A stretch of DNA of 64,000 nucleotides from Pseudomonadota bacterium (GTDB taxonomy: Bacteria > Myxococcota_A > Polyangia > GCA-2747355): positions 10,500-74,499 of the forward strand of contig JADJDT010000029.1 of the NCBI GenBank assembly GCA_016702545.1, read 5' to 3'. Both the position numbers and the translations under genes were made by a program. The notes under the pieces are model-generated. The model was not told where the DNA came from and did not search any database. It saw only the letters and a program-made list of their open reading frames with translations. Shown piece after piece: positions 19,649-31,412 of this stretch (positions are counted from its first letter, which is position 1; each line of letters opens with the position of its first letter).

Positions 19649-21111
19649 GGTGTCAGCTCCGCGGCGGCGGGCAGCCGCACGCGCATCAACGTGCCACCGC
19701 CTGGTCGCGCCTCGGCGCTGATGGCGCCGCCGTGGGCCTGGATCAGGCTCTGGCAGACCGCCAGGCCGAGGCCCGAGCCGCCGCTTCGCCGCGAGAAGAA
19801 GGGCTCGAAGAGGCGCGCGCGGTCGGCCTCGGCGATCCCGCTGCCGCGATCGGCGACGCTGAGCTCATAGCCGCCGGCGGCGTCGGGGGCGCAGGAGACC
19901 TCGATCGCGCTGTCGCGCGGGCTGGCCTGCGCGGCGTTGAGCACGAGGTTGGCCAGCACCTGGCGCAAGCGAGCCGCGTCGCCGTCGACGCGGCCGGGGG
20001 TGGCAAGCAGCTCCAGCTCGCGCCCGGCGAGCTCGGGCAGCTCCCGCAGCCGGCGCAGCGCCTCCGCGAGGAAGGCGGCCAGCTCGAGCGGCTCGCGCTG
20101 CAGCTCGGGCAGGCGGGCGAAGGCCAGCAGATCCTCGGCGATGCGCTGGCAGGCGGCGGCCTCGTCGTCGAGGATCTGCAACTCCTCGCGCAGCGTCTGC
20201 GGGTCGGAGTCGTGCATCGTCCTGAGGTAGCCGCGAATGATGCCGATCGGGTTGTTCATCTCGTGGGCCACGCCGGCGGCGAGCTGACCGATCGCCGCCA
20301 TGCGCTCGGACTGCACCAGGCGCCGCTCGCGCGTGGCGAGTTCGTCGCGCATGTGGTCGAAGGCCCGCGCGACGGCCTTCAGCTCACCGGCCCCGATGTC
20401 GCCCAGTCGCGTGGCGAAGTCGCCGGAGCCCAGCCGGCGCGCGGCGGCGACCAGGAGCTGGAGCGGGCGGAGCACCGTGGCGCGCAGGCGCAGCGCCGAG
20501 CCGAGCGCGAGGGCCAGCATCAGCAGGCCGCCCAGACTGGCCACCAGCAGGGCCAGCCGGGCTGAGCGTGTCGCCGAGACGTGGGCCGTGGCCATGCGGT
20601 GCGCCACCGCGTGGGCCAGCCGGTCGGCGCGGGCCGCGGCGCGATCGGTCAGCCCGCGCAGGCCGCGGTCGAGCAGCGCCGCGCTGGCCGCCGCCTCGGC
20701 CCGCGCCGTGAGGCGCAGGCGTTGGCGGAAGAGGGTGTCAAGCGCGCGCAGGTCGGCCTGCAGCAGCCCGAGCTGGTCGCGCTGATCCTCGGGCAGGCGG
20801 GGGCCGAGGGTGTCGAGCCCCGCCTGCACGCGCGCGCGCGCTTGGTGATGGCGCTCGAGCGCGTCCGCGCTGGGCCCCAACAGCGCGCGGGTGAGCGCGA
20901 GCGCCTGCTCGCGCACGGCCGTGGCGAGCTGCAGCCCGGCGCTGATCGAGCTCTCGTCATGGCGCATGTGTGTCACCAGCCCGGCGACGTCATTGATCAG
21001 CGCCAGCAGCAGCGCGCACATCGTCAGCGCGACCGCGACGACGGAGCCGAAGCCGAAGGCGAGTTGTCGGGCGAGCACGGCGCGCGGAGGGGCAGGGGAG
21101 GGCGTGGTCAT
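19645..21111 (-). CDS. Membrane sensor histidine kinase (HAMP-HisKA-HATPase)
   Basis: H-box [15 protein letters not shown]-box [13 protein letters not shown]-boxes DRGSGI and [13 protein letters not shown] overlap with the regulator start. ATG 21111 is preceded by GGGAG; the longer ORF reaches 21186. Confidence 0.85.
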   Translation of the reverse strand: MTTPSPAPPRAVLARQLAFGFGSVVAVALTMCALLLALINDVAGLVTHMRHDESSISAGLQLATAVREQALALTRALLGPSADALERHHQARARVQAGLDTLGPRLPEDQRDQLGLLQADLRALDTLFRQRLRLTARAEAAASAALLDRGLRGLTDRAAARADRLAHAVAHRMATAHVSATRSARLALLVASLGGLLMLALALGSALRLRATVLRPLQLLVAAARRLGSGDFATRLGDIGAGELKAVARAFDHMRDELATRERRLVQSERMAAIGQLAAGVAHEMNNPIGIIRGYLRTMHDSDPQTLREELQILDDEAAACQRIAEDLLAFARLPELQREPLELAAFLAEALRRLRELPELAGRELELLATPGRVDGDAARLRQVLANLVLNAAQASPRDSAIEVSCAPDAAGGYELSVADRGSGIAEADRARLFEPFFSRRSGGSGLGLAVCQSLIQAHGGAISAEARPGGGTLMRVRLPAAAELTP

Positions 21112-21339
21112 GTTGGGGCTCCCAGGGGTCGCGGCTCGCGTGACGGCGAGGGTCACGATTGTAACCGCAGCAGTTACGAGGCGCACGCAGGAGTGGGGAG
21201 TGGTGGCGTCTGCGGCGCGCGTTGCGCGGCGGCGCCGCGAGCCGGCGGGAGGGGCAGGCGGGCCGCCTCGTCGGCCCGGGGTTGCAATCGTGACGGTTCG
21301 GCATTATTGCCGTGACAACCAACTGCGAGGCACGGGGCG

Positions 21340-22029
21340 ATGACGCTGCTGATTATGCTGACGATTGTCTTGGCGCTGTCCGGGCTGGCGATGCATGGTC
21401 TGACGCGGCGCTACCTCTCACCGGCGGGGCAGACGCAACACCTACGCGAGAGCAAGGGCCGCCCGATCAGCGAGGCGCAGTTCCAGCGCTACGCGCGGAT
21501 CAACTCCGTGCTGTCGTTGGCCTTGGTCTACGGCCCCGCCTGGGCGCTCCAGGGGATCGTGCTGCGCAGCGGGCCGGTGTCGCCGTGGCGCGTGATCGTC
21601 GAGGGCGTGGCCGTGCTGCTGGTCTACGACTTCGGCTACTACCTGGTGCACCGCTACCCCTTCCACGAGTGGCGCCTCCTGCGCGCCGTCCACGCCGTCC
21701 ACCACACGATCAAGAACCCCAACGCGCGGGATAGCCTCTATCAGCACCCGCTGGAGAACTTCCTCGGGCTGGCGCTCTTCTGGCTGACGTGGGTGGTCGT
21801 GGCGGCGGTCGCCGGGCCGCTGAGCATCTATTCCTTCGGCTGGACCTTCCTGGTCTACTCGCTGATCAACGTGATGAACCACGCGGGTCTGCGCTTCCAG
21901 ACCTTCCCGCTGACGGCGCTGAACTACTTCGGCACGCGCCACTACAAGCACCACACCAGCATGAAGTCGAAGAGCTACGGCTCGATCGTGCCCTTCTATG
22001 ACTGGATCTTCCGCACCGAAGAGGCCTGA
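21340..22029 (+). CDS. Fatty acid hydroxylase / sterol desaturase-family membrane protein
   Basis: 229 aa with TM segments and histidine boxes HRYPFHE, HAVHH, NHAG and HYKHH. Confidence 0.8.
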   Translation: MTLLIMLTIVLALSGLAMHGLTRRYLSPAGQTQHLRESKGRPISEAQFQRYARINSVLSLALVYGPAWALQGIVLRSGPVSPWRVIVEGVAVLLVYDFGYYLVHRYPFHEWRLLRAVHAVHHTIKNPNARDSLYQHPLENFLGLALFWLTWVVVAAVAGPLSIYSFGWTFLVYSLINVMNHAGLRFQTFPLTALNYFGTRHYKHHTSMKSKSYGSIVPFYDWIFRTEEA

Positions 22030-22038
22030 GCGTGCCCC

Positions 22039-25000
22039 TCAGCGTGTCAGGGCTGCGCTAGTCACCACCCGCCCCAGGTCGACATAGGCGTGGTCGTTCA
22101 TTACGACGAAGGGGCGCGTGTCGTAAGTGAGGTGACCGTGGCCGTCGTGGCGGATCACCTCGAGTCGGCCCAAGCCGTAGCCCATCGGACCGCGGCTGTA
22201 GTAGTGCGCCGACAGTCGGTAGGGTGCGGCGCGCGGGGTGCCACGGATGGTGAAGCACTCGGGGCCGTAGCCGGTGGTGACGTCGGCGTAGAGCTCGCCG
22301 CCGGAGGCGAGCTGCCGCTGGCCGTAGTAGGCGTGGCCGCCGCGAGCGTCGCGAATGTGGAAGTCGACGTCGTTGGCATCCGTCTCCCAGGTCAAGACGA
22401 AGCGTAGCGAGGGTGCGCGCTCGGCGGCGCCCCCGTCGCGCTGCAGGCGCTCGCGGATCGCCGCGGCCTCGGTGGGGCGCTGGCGGATCCAGGCCGCCGC
22501 GGCGAGGCCGAGGTCCTCGCGCAGAATCACGTCGGAGCCGGCGAAGCGGCCGGCGGGATAGCTCAGGCGCAGCGCCTGCTCGAGCACCTCGAAGGCCTGC
22601 TGCGCGCGCCCCTGCTTCAGCAGCGCCAGGGCGTAGAGATGGTGGCTCGACGGGTGATCGGGGCGGTCCGCGGCGGCCTTCTGTAGCGTGTCCATGGCGA
22701 GGGCCAGCGCCTCGCGCGTGCCGAGCGCTTCGAGCTGGCCGGCAACGAAGCGCCGCAGATCGGCCCGGGAGGGGAAGAGATCGATGATCGAGCCGAAGAC
22801 GCGGGCGGCCTCGTCGCGCCGTCCGCTCGCCGTCAGCGCGCGTCCGAGGGCGACGATCGCCAGCAGCTCTCCGGGCTCGCGGTGGCGCCAGCCCAGCGCG
22901 CGCCGCAGCGCCGCTTCGCGCTGGCCGGCCGTGATCAGTCGCACGACCTCGGCGAGCTCGCCCGTCAGGGCCGGGGGCCCCTCGGCCTTCTTCGCCGCGA
23001 CGGCGGCGACCCGGCGGGGCGCTGGGCGCGCGCTTGCGACCTGTGCCACCACCGTGCCGGCCGGGCGATCCTCGCGGGCCAGCCGATCACGCCGGGCCGG
23101 TGCCTCGCGTGCGTCGTCGCGCTCCGCCGCGGCCTCCTCCAGTCGTGAGGCGGCAGGCGCGGGCGCGGAGGCGACGGGCTCGCGCGCAGGCGTTCGGGGC
23201 GCCGGCGTGGACGGTGCGGGCCGTGCGGCGCGTGCGCCCAGCTCCGCCTGTTGGCGCTCGGTCTGACCACGGGCGCGTCGTTGCTCGGGCGCCGGGGCCC
23301 CGCCGGCGCTGTCCGCGGCGGGCGCGCCCCCAGGCGCCGAGGCGTTGGCGAGCGTGGCGCTCCGTCCGTCCTGGCCCTCTCCTCCGGTCGGAGCACCCCC
23401 GCGACCCTTGGCGAGCGGGAGGTCGGCGGGGGGCAGCGCCACGCCACTGCGGGCCACGACCTCGAGGCCCTGGAGGCCGACCGTCAGGATGTCGGCCAGT
23501 GCGCGCCGATCGATGTTGAAGCGCGCGTAGTCGGCCTCGGTCTCCAGCACCAGCAGCGCGGTGGCGTCGCAGAGCACGCGAGAGCGCGTCGAGAGCGCGA
23601 TCATCTGCTGTTGCAGGGCGGCGCGTAGATCCGTGTCGCCGGCAGCCAGCGTGTCCCGTTGGTGCGCTAGCCGCGCCAGGCGCGCCTTGACCCAGGCGCG
23701 CTCGAGCAGCGGCCGCTCGGCGCTGATCAACTGCCTGCCCTTGGCCTCGGCGGCGACCACCGCCCCGTCGACCTTGACCTGGAGGCTTTGCCCGGCCGGG
23801 AGGTCGGCGTAGATCAGGACCTCGTCGCCAGGCTGCACGCCCTCGAGCACCGTGGGCCAGCTCCAGCGGGCGCCCGGTACCTCGACCTTGAGGCCCGAGC
23901 GGGCTGCCAGCCAGAGGCGACGGGCGGCCTCGCCCGCGCTCGTCTCCGCGTCGAGCACGATCCCGGGCCGGGGCAGGCCGGCGGTGGCGAGCGCCGTCAG
24001 GCGCGCGTCATCGCGGATGCCCCCGCTGGCCAGCACGTCGAGGCGCTTGATGCCCACGGCCGCGAGCCCCCGCGTGTGGGCCCGCAGCGCGTCGCCCGCG
24101 GTCTCGCCGGCGGTCACCACACCGTCGCCGACGACGAGCAGGCGCTCGGCCTTGATCAGACCGCCGTTGCGCGCGAGCGTGGCGAGGCCAGTGAGTGCGC
24201 GACCGAGGTCCGAGGCGCCCTCGGCCCGGCGCTGGAGCAGTTGTCTGGCGGCGGCGGGCCAGCCGCCGGCCCGTCCGCGGAAGAGCGGGCTGAGCTGCTG
24301 GTCGAAGGCCACCACCTGGAGCTCGAAATCCGCGCGCGCCCGTAGCGCCTCCACGACGGCGCCCAGGCGCTCGATCTCGGCGGCGAAGCCGAGCGCGCGC
24401 GAGGCGCTGGTGTCGAAGAGCACGACCAGCGCGTTGATCGGATCGCTGCCCAGGCGCTCAGCCAGCGGGGTGATGCGAGCCACGAGCTGGTCGGCATGAC
24501 GCAGACCCAAGCGCCCCTCGGCTCCGCGCTGAGCCACGACGAGGTCGGTGTCGGGCCGCCAGTTGCGCTTTTGCACCTCGACCACCTGCTGCTCGACCAG
24601 CGCGCCACCGAGCGAGGAGGCCGGGCCCGCCGCGCGGTCGCGACGCGCCACCATCACGCGGACATCGACGCGCTCGATCGCGGGCAGACCGACGAGCGGC
24701 AGGCGATAGGGCTCATTGCGCCGCACGAGCTCCTGCGAGTAGGAGACGATCAGCTCCTTCTCGCCGCGGGCCGGGATCGGAAAGATGCGCGCGGCGAACT
24801 CGTTGCCGCCCTCGTTCTCGAGCAGCGCGGGGTCTTGCCGGCGGTGCAGGAAGTCCTCGTAGGCCTGGCGCGCGGCCTGCCGCTCGACGACCTCGCCTTC
24901 TTGCCAGGCGCCGCCGATCTTCATCGCGAAGCGGCTGATCGCGGCGCTGCTGGGCAGGGCGATGCGAAAGCGCCCCTCGAGCACGCGATCCTGCGGGTTG

Positions 25001-25236
25001 CGGAAGACCAGGTGCAGCTCGGTGAAGGCCAGCGGATCCTCGACCACGGCGCGAACGCCGTAGGAGACGAGCTCGAGGCCCGTACCGTCGCTGGCCGTCA
25101 GGCCGAGGGGCGGCGCGACCTCGCGCGCGATCATCGCCGCGGCGTGGACCGCCGGTCGCGGTAGGCCCTCGCCCGCGAGCACGAGCAGGGCACAGAGGGG
25201 CAGCAGCAGGGGTCGGGAGCGGTGGGTCGGGTGCAT
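22039..25236 (-). CDS. Secreted VIT-vWA protein with Ala/Pro/Arg-rich linker, TPR-like region and DUF2135-like C-terminus
   Basis: Signal peptide RPLLLPLCALLVLAGEG. VIT-like LVFRNPQDRVLEGRFRIALP...ISRFAMKIGG.WQEGEVVE. vWA MIDAS-like VVLFDTSASR. The C-terminus FVLTWETDANDVDFHIRDARGGHAYY...ADVTTGYGPECF matches what I recall of the DUF2135 family. Confidence 0.85.
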   Translation of the reverse strand: MHPTHRSRPLLLPLCALLVLAGEGLPRPAVHAAAMIAREVAPPLGLTASDGTGLELVSYGVRAVVEDPLAFTELHLVFRNPQDRVLEGRFRIALPSSAAISRFAMKIGGAWQEGEVVERQAARQAYEDFLHRRQDPALLENEGGNEFAARIFPIPARGEKELIVSYSQELVRRNEPYRLPLVGLPAIERVDVRVMVARRDRAAGPASSLGGALVEQQVVEVQKRNWRPDTDLVVAQRGAEGRLGLRHADQLVARITPLAERLGSDPINALVVLFDTSASRALGFAAEIERLGAVVEALRARADFELQVVAFDQQLSPLFRGRAGGWPAAARQLLQRRAEGASDLGRALTGLATLARNGGLIKAERLLVVGDGVVTAGETAGDALRAHTRGLAAVGIKRLDVLASGGIRDDARLTALATAGLPRPGIVLDAETSAGEAARRLWLAARSGLKVEVPGARWSWPTVLEGVQPGDEVLIYADLPAGQSLQVKVDGAVVAAEAKGRQLISAERPLLERAWVKARLARLAHQRDTLAAGDTDLRAALQQQMIALSTRSRVLCDATALLVLETEADYARFNIDRRALADILTVGLQGLEVVARSGVALPPADLPLAKGRGGAPTGGEGQDGRSATLANASAPGGAPAADSAGGAPAPEQRRARGQTERQQAELGARAARPAPSTPAPRTPAREPVASAPAPAASRLEEAAAERDDAREAPARRDRLAREDRPAGTVVAQVASARPAPRRVAAVAAKKAEGPPALTGELAEVVRLITAGQREAALRRALGWRHREPGELLAIVALGRALTASGRRDEAARVFGSIIDLFPSRADLRRFVAGQLEALGTREALALAMDTLQKAAADRPDHPSSHHLYALALLKQGRAQQAFEVLEQALRLSYPAGRFAGSDVILREDLGLAAAAWIRQRPTEAAAIRERLQRDGGAAERAPSLRFVLTWETDANDVDFHIRDARGGHAYYGQRQLASGGELYADVTTGYGPECFTIRGTPRAAPYRLSAHYYSRGPMGYGLGRLEVIRHDGHGHLTYDTRPFVVMNDHAYVDLGRVVTSAALTR

Positions 25237-25266
25237 TGGGTCTCTCCGCCTAGGTTCTCTCTCGGT

Positions 25267-25300
25267 TTCGGGTCGATCACGGCTTCGGGTCGATCACGGC
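25267..25300. repeat. Perfect 17-bp tandem duplication in the divergent promoter region
   Basis: TTCGGGTCGATCACGGC occurs at 25267-25283 and again at 25284-25300, between the VIT-vWA start (25236) and the kinase start (25447). Confidence 0.9.
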
Positions 25301-25446
25301 CGCCGTGGGCCGGCCCTGGCTTCAACGCGCGGCCCCTGCCGGGCGATCTACGGTCGATGACAAAGAGGGGGCCGCGCCGATGATACCCTGGCCGCCACAG
25401 CGAAACGGAGCGGGGTTGCATTATTTCGGGTAAAGTTTCGGCCGAA

Positions 25447-28143
<2,697 letters not shown>

Positions 28144-28355
28144 CGCATCCCATGGGGCTTAGGAGCCGCCCTATTGATTCGCCAAGAGCTTCGTTCCGGC
28201 GCAAGCAGCGAAGGGAATGGGATGCCATGGCGGGCGGAGACCGGGCGTACCGCCTGCGGCGCGGTCGGGCTGCCAGCCCTCGCCTTGGCGCTTGGGCGCC
28301 GACGCCGCTAGCGCATCGAGTAAGGGCCTCTGGCAGGACCTTTCGCTGAGTCATA

Positions 28356-28417
28356 CCTCTGATGCATCATGGACCTGGCCTCTGATGCATCATGAAGGAG
28401 GCCTCTGATGCATCATG
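28356..28417 (+). promoter_or_regulatory. Three exact 16-bp direct repeats at 23-bp spacing, each with a 10-bp palindromic core; candidate operator array
   Basis: CCTCTGATGCATCATG at 28356, 28379 and 28402. The core TGATGCATCA is its own reverse complement. The array ends ~40 nt upstream of the 28456 start codon. Confidence 0.55.
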
Positions 28418-28455
28418 AAGCAGGCGCCCGGTAGAACCGCCGTGGAGCAATCGGC

Positions 28456-29205
28456 ATGTCGCGTAGCTTTACATCGACCTCGGACCGCCTGGCCTGGAGC
28501 CGGGCTCGGCTCTTAGCTCTGATCGTTCTCGTTGGGGGTTGGGGTTGTGGCAGCGCGGTCGAGACGAGCGTCGTGATCGAGCGCACGACCTCGACGGCGT
28601 GCAAGGCGACGGTCGACGGGCAAGCTCGGCCGATGAATGCCTGGGTTGTGGAGGTCTATCCGGCGCTCGCTAGCGGGAGCGGCGGGGAGCCATCGTGCTT
28701 GGGCATCAACCAACGGCTCTGCGCTCTGGCCGTCCGGCGTTGCAGCTGCCGGGACGCGCTGCCTCCCAGCCCCGAGGGTCTGCGCGCCGCGCTTTCAGGC
28801 ACCCGCCTGCCCGATCTCGACTCGGGGCACTACTGCGTGCGCGTGCTCGCGCTGGAGCTGACCGGCCAGCCCGTCGGGCCCCTCAGCGACAGCGATCGAA
28901 TCTGCGACTGCAAGGACGCTGATTTGAATTTGCTCGCGACCGTCCTGGCCGGCGCGGAGGGGGCCTGGCAGCTGTCACGGATGCCACTTCCCGGAGGCCC
29001 TGGCCTACCTGCCTTGCCCCGGACCTGGGACCAGACACGGTCGATCCTGCGAGGGTGCGCCATGTCGCCCACGCCCGCGGTCTTGAACGAGGGTGGGCAA
29101 CACAGGCTCGACCTGCACTGCCTGGATGACGTGCCGGCCGATGCCAGTGCGTCGCCGCCTGTCGGTGCCAACAAGGCAGCCCTCTGGCGCTGTCTTGGCA
29201 GCTAA
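28456..29205 (+). CDS. Hypothetical Cys-rich lipoprotein
   Basis: N-terminus ...RARLLALIVLVGGWGCGS (lipobox-like GGWGC). Multiple Cys residues. Stop is 1 nt before the next gene's ATG. Confidence 0.6.
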   Translation: MSRSFTSTSDRLAWSRARLLALIVLVGGWGCGSAVETSVVIERTTSTACKATVDGQARPMNAWVVEVYPALASGSGGEPSCLGINQRLCALAVRRCSCRDALPPSPEGLRAALSGTRLPDLDSGHYCVRVLALELTGQPVGPLSDSDRICDCKDADLNLLATVLAGAEGAWQLSRMPLPGGPGLPALPRTWDQTRSILRGCAMSPTPAVLNEGGQHRLDLHCLDDVPADASASPPVGANKAALWRCLGS

Positions 29206-29206
29206 C

Positions 29207-30337
29207 ATGTCGATGCATCCGCTGGGCGCTGCGCTCGTACTCACCCTGCTGCCGGCGTGGGCAGCGGCGGGCGAGGAAAGGGCCGATCCCGTTGGCGTGG
29301 TCGTGGCGATCGGTGACGTCGCGCTCGAACCACTCGTGACCGGCGCGCGAGCGCTCGGTCGCGCGATCTGGCGCGGGGAGCGCGTGCTGCCGCGTCTGGG
29401 AACTCCGCGACGGGGCGGGGACCAAGCCATGAGCGGACTTCGCGAGGCCTACTTCGAGGCGGATTTCCTTCGTTGCCTGGGCATGCTGCAGCGCCCGGAT
29501 CTCAGTTTCGAACGCTTCCTCGAGCGCGGCGCGGGCGCGTCGGCTAGCACGGCAGGTGTCTTCGCCGCGGGATGCGCCCACGGGGCGGACAATGTCGAGC
29601 TCGCGCGCCAACTGCTCGCGCGCCTGTTCAACCACGAGCTCGACGTCACGGCGACGCTTCGGCTGATGCGCCCCGATTTTCAACGACTGGCCGAGGAGGT
29701 GCGCCGGGGCTTCCGCACGCAGCGGCGCGTGACCTGGCTCGTTCGCACTGTTCCTGTCGCTGCCGAGGCCTCGGTCGACGGAGGCGTGCGGCGCTGCTCG
29801 CCCACACCCTGTTCGGTCGATGTGCTGCCGGGTCAGCATGTCGTCGTTCTGCGGCGCTTGGGCTACGCAGCCAGGGCCGTTTGGCACGATAGCAGCGCCG
29901 GGACGATCGTGAATGCGTCGCTGGACGAGGCCGCCCGCCCCGAGGCCACGGAGCAGCTCGTGGACGCCCTGGCGCGAGGCGCCGACCCGGGCCGTCCGGA
30001 GCTGGGAAGGCTTGCCGCGACAGCCTACGGAGCCTCGGTCGTGGTCCTCGCCTGGCGCGGCAAGCGAGCGGGCCACGCGGCGCTCTTCGATCGGCACGTC
30101 GGCCGCGTCGTGAGCCGGGTCTCGGTAGTCGATCCGAAGCGGACCTCGAGCGCGGCGAGCGCGGACAAAGCCGTTCGTGCGGCGATTGACGAGTGGCGCG
30201 GGAGTACCATGCCGCCGCCAGTGTACAAGCGACCGCTCTTCTGGGGAGCCGTAGTGGGTGCCGCGGCGGCCACCGGGACGATCGTCTATCTGCTGCTCCG
30301 ATCGGCCCAGCCCGAATACGAGATGGTCTTCCCGTAG
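29207..30337 (+). CDS. Secreted protein with PEGA-like domain and C-terminal TM anchor
   Basis: ATG 29207 gives MSMHPLGAALVLTLLPAWAAAGE (signal peptide). PEGA-like CSPTPCSVDVLPGQHVVVLRRLGYAARAV. C-terminal TM PLFWGAVVGAAAATGTIVYLLL. The longer listed ORF (from 29093) overlaps the previous gene. Confidence 0.6.
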   Translation: MSMHPLGAALVLTLLPAWAAAGEERADPVGVVVAIGDVALEPLVTGARALGRAIWRGERVLPRLGTPRRGGDQAMSGLREAYFEADFLRCLGMLQRPDLSFERFLERGAGASASTAGVFAAGCAHGADNVELARQLLARLFNHELDVTATLRLMRPDFQRLAEEVRRGFRTQRRVTWLVRTVPVAAEASVDGGVRRCSPTPCSVDVLPGQHVVVLRRLGYAARAVWHDSSAGTIVNASLDEAARPEATEQLVDALARGADPGRPELGRLAATAYGASVVVLAWRGKRAGHAALFDRHVGRVVSRVSVVDPKRTSSAASADKAVRAAIDEWRGSTMPPPVYKRPLFWGAVVGAAAATGTIVYLLLRSAQPEYEMVFP

Positions 30338-30467
30338 CGACGGGCGAGGGGCGGTGTTGTGGCGCTCCAACGGCCAACGCAGCCCATGCGTAGGCCCTGA
30401 CCAACAGAGCAGCACGCGGGAAGACTGTTTTCTCTTGAGGAACCGGGGGGCCGCCTCCGGGCACGCG

Positions 30468-30484
30468 ACGTGCATTCTCCTGCT
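30468..30484 (+). promoter_or_regulatory. Candidate sigma-54 (-24/-12) promoter
   Basis: GGGCACGcgacGTGCAT compared with the consensus TGGCACG-N4-TTGCW. The invariant GG and GC are at the correct spacing. It lies ~47 nt upstream of ATG 30531, which has an AAGGAGG ribosome-binding site. An FHA-sigma-54 activator is encoded just downstream. Confidence 0.5.
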
Positions 30485-30530
30485 TCCGTAACCAAACGGC
30501 CGCATCGGCCACTGGACAAGGAGGAGATCC

Positions 30531-31342
30531 ATGAGAGGTACACGTCGAATCGGGTCATGTGTTTTGATCGCGGCTTTCGCTGCCTGCGGCGGCGGAGAGC
30601 AAGATCCGAACACCCAGACGAATGCGCTGGTGGAGAAGGTCCTCGCCGAGCACTCTAATCCGCAGGCATGCGAGAAAGGCTACGAGGTTTGTGTGAGCGT
30701 CGCCGGGAAGGAGGCATGTGCGAAGTTCATCGAGATCTGCATAACCCGGGCAGGGAGCGTCGGTAGCGTCGACGCGTGCGCCCCGCCGCCCGCCGTGCCC
30801 GCCGGCCCGCCCCCAGCCGAGCCACTGTCGTGTGACGAGATGGCCGAGGAGTGCACGAAGAAGGGCGCCGAGAACTGCGCCGGTATGTTGGAGGCGTGCC
30901 AGAAGATCGAGACCTGCATACTCAGCCTGACGGAATGCGCCGAACCAAGGGACGCGAGGGTTTGCCACGAGGCGCTCGTGACGGCTGGCTGCATCGCCAA
31001 GCCTCCCGCGCTCGAGGTCCAGACGGGCACCCCGCCCTTCGGCATGCTTCCCCGGGATCTCCCGCGGCTTCCGCCCGTTGGGTGCGACGGTCACGCGGCA
31101 CCTCCGGTGCCGCCGGCTGCCAACCTTCCGGTCGATCGGCCTGCGCTCCCGGCCCGGTGCGGCGCTCCCGCGGCGCCTCCGCTACCACCGGCTGTGAAGC
31201 TTCCGGTCGATCGACCGGCGCCCCCGTCAGGTGCGGCAATCGCGCGACGCCTCCGGTGCCGCCGGCTGCGAAGCTTCCGGGCGATCCGCCCGCGCCGCCC
31301 GCGAATCCGCCCGCGCCGCCTGCGGGTCCGATTGTGTACTGA
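30531..31342 (+). pseudogene. Cys-rich lipoprotein with three 25-aa Pro-rich C-terminal repeats; frame broken at C-run 31221-31225
   Basis: N-terminus MRGTRRIGSCVLIAAFAACGGG (lipobox AAFAAC). The 75-nt coding repeats start at 31083, 31158 and 31232, so the periods are 75 and then 74 nt. The third repeat (CGNRATPPVPPAAKLPGDPPAPP...PAGPIVY, stop at 31342) is in the frame of ORF 30851..31342. One extra C restores continuity. Confidence 0.65.
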
Positions 31343-31412
31343 CGTCGTCTTTGCGAACGCTTCTCGGCCGCCAGCTAGTGGCCCAAGGAGCTGACGTGTT
31401 AAGCAGAGATAG

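Noticed and set aside
28146-28226. Inverted 9-mer GCATCCCAT / ATGGGATGC after the kinase-PilZ-Hsp70 stop as a terminator
   Set aside because: The arms are ~60 nt apart with no supporting stem or T-tract. It is not convincing as a structure.
28331-28346. Sigma-54-like TGGCAG-N5-TTCGC upstream of the 28456 cluster
   Set aside because: The -12 GC dinucleotide is displaced (TTCGC instead of TTGC), and the site would lie upstream of, not downstream from, the repeat array. It is much weaker than the 30468 candidate.
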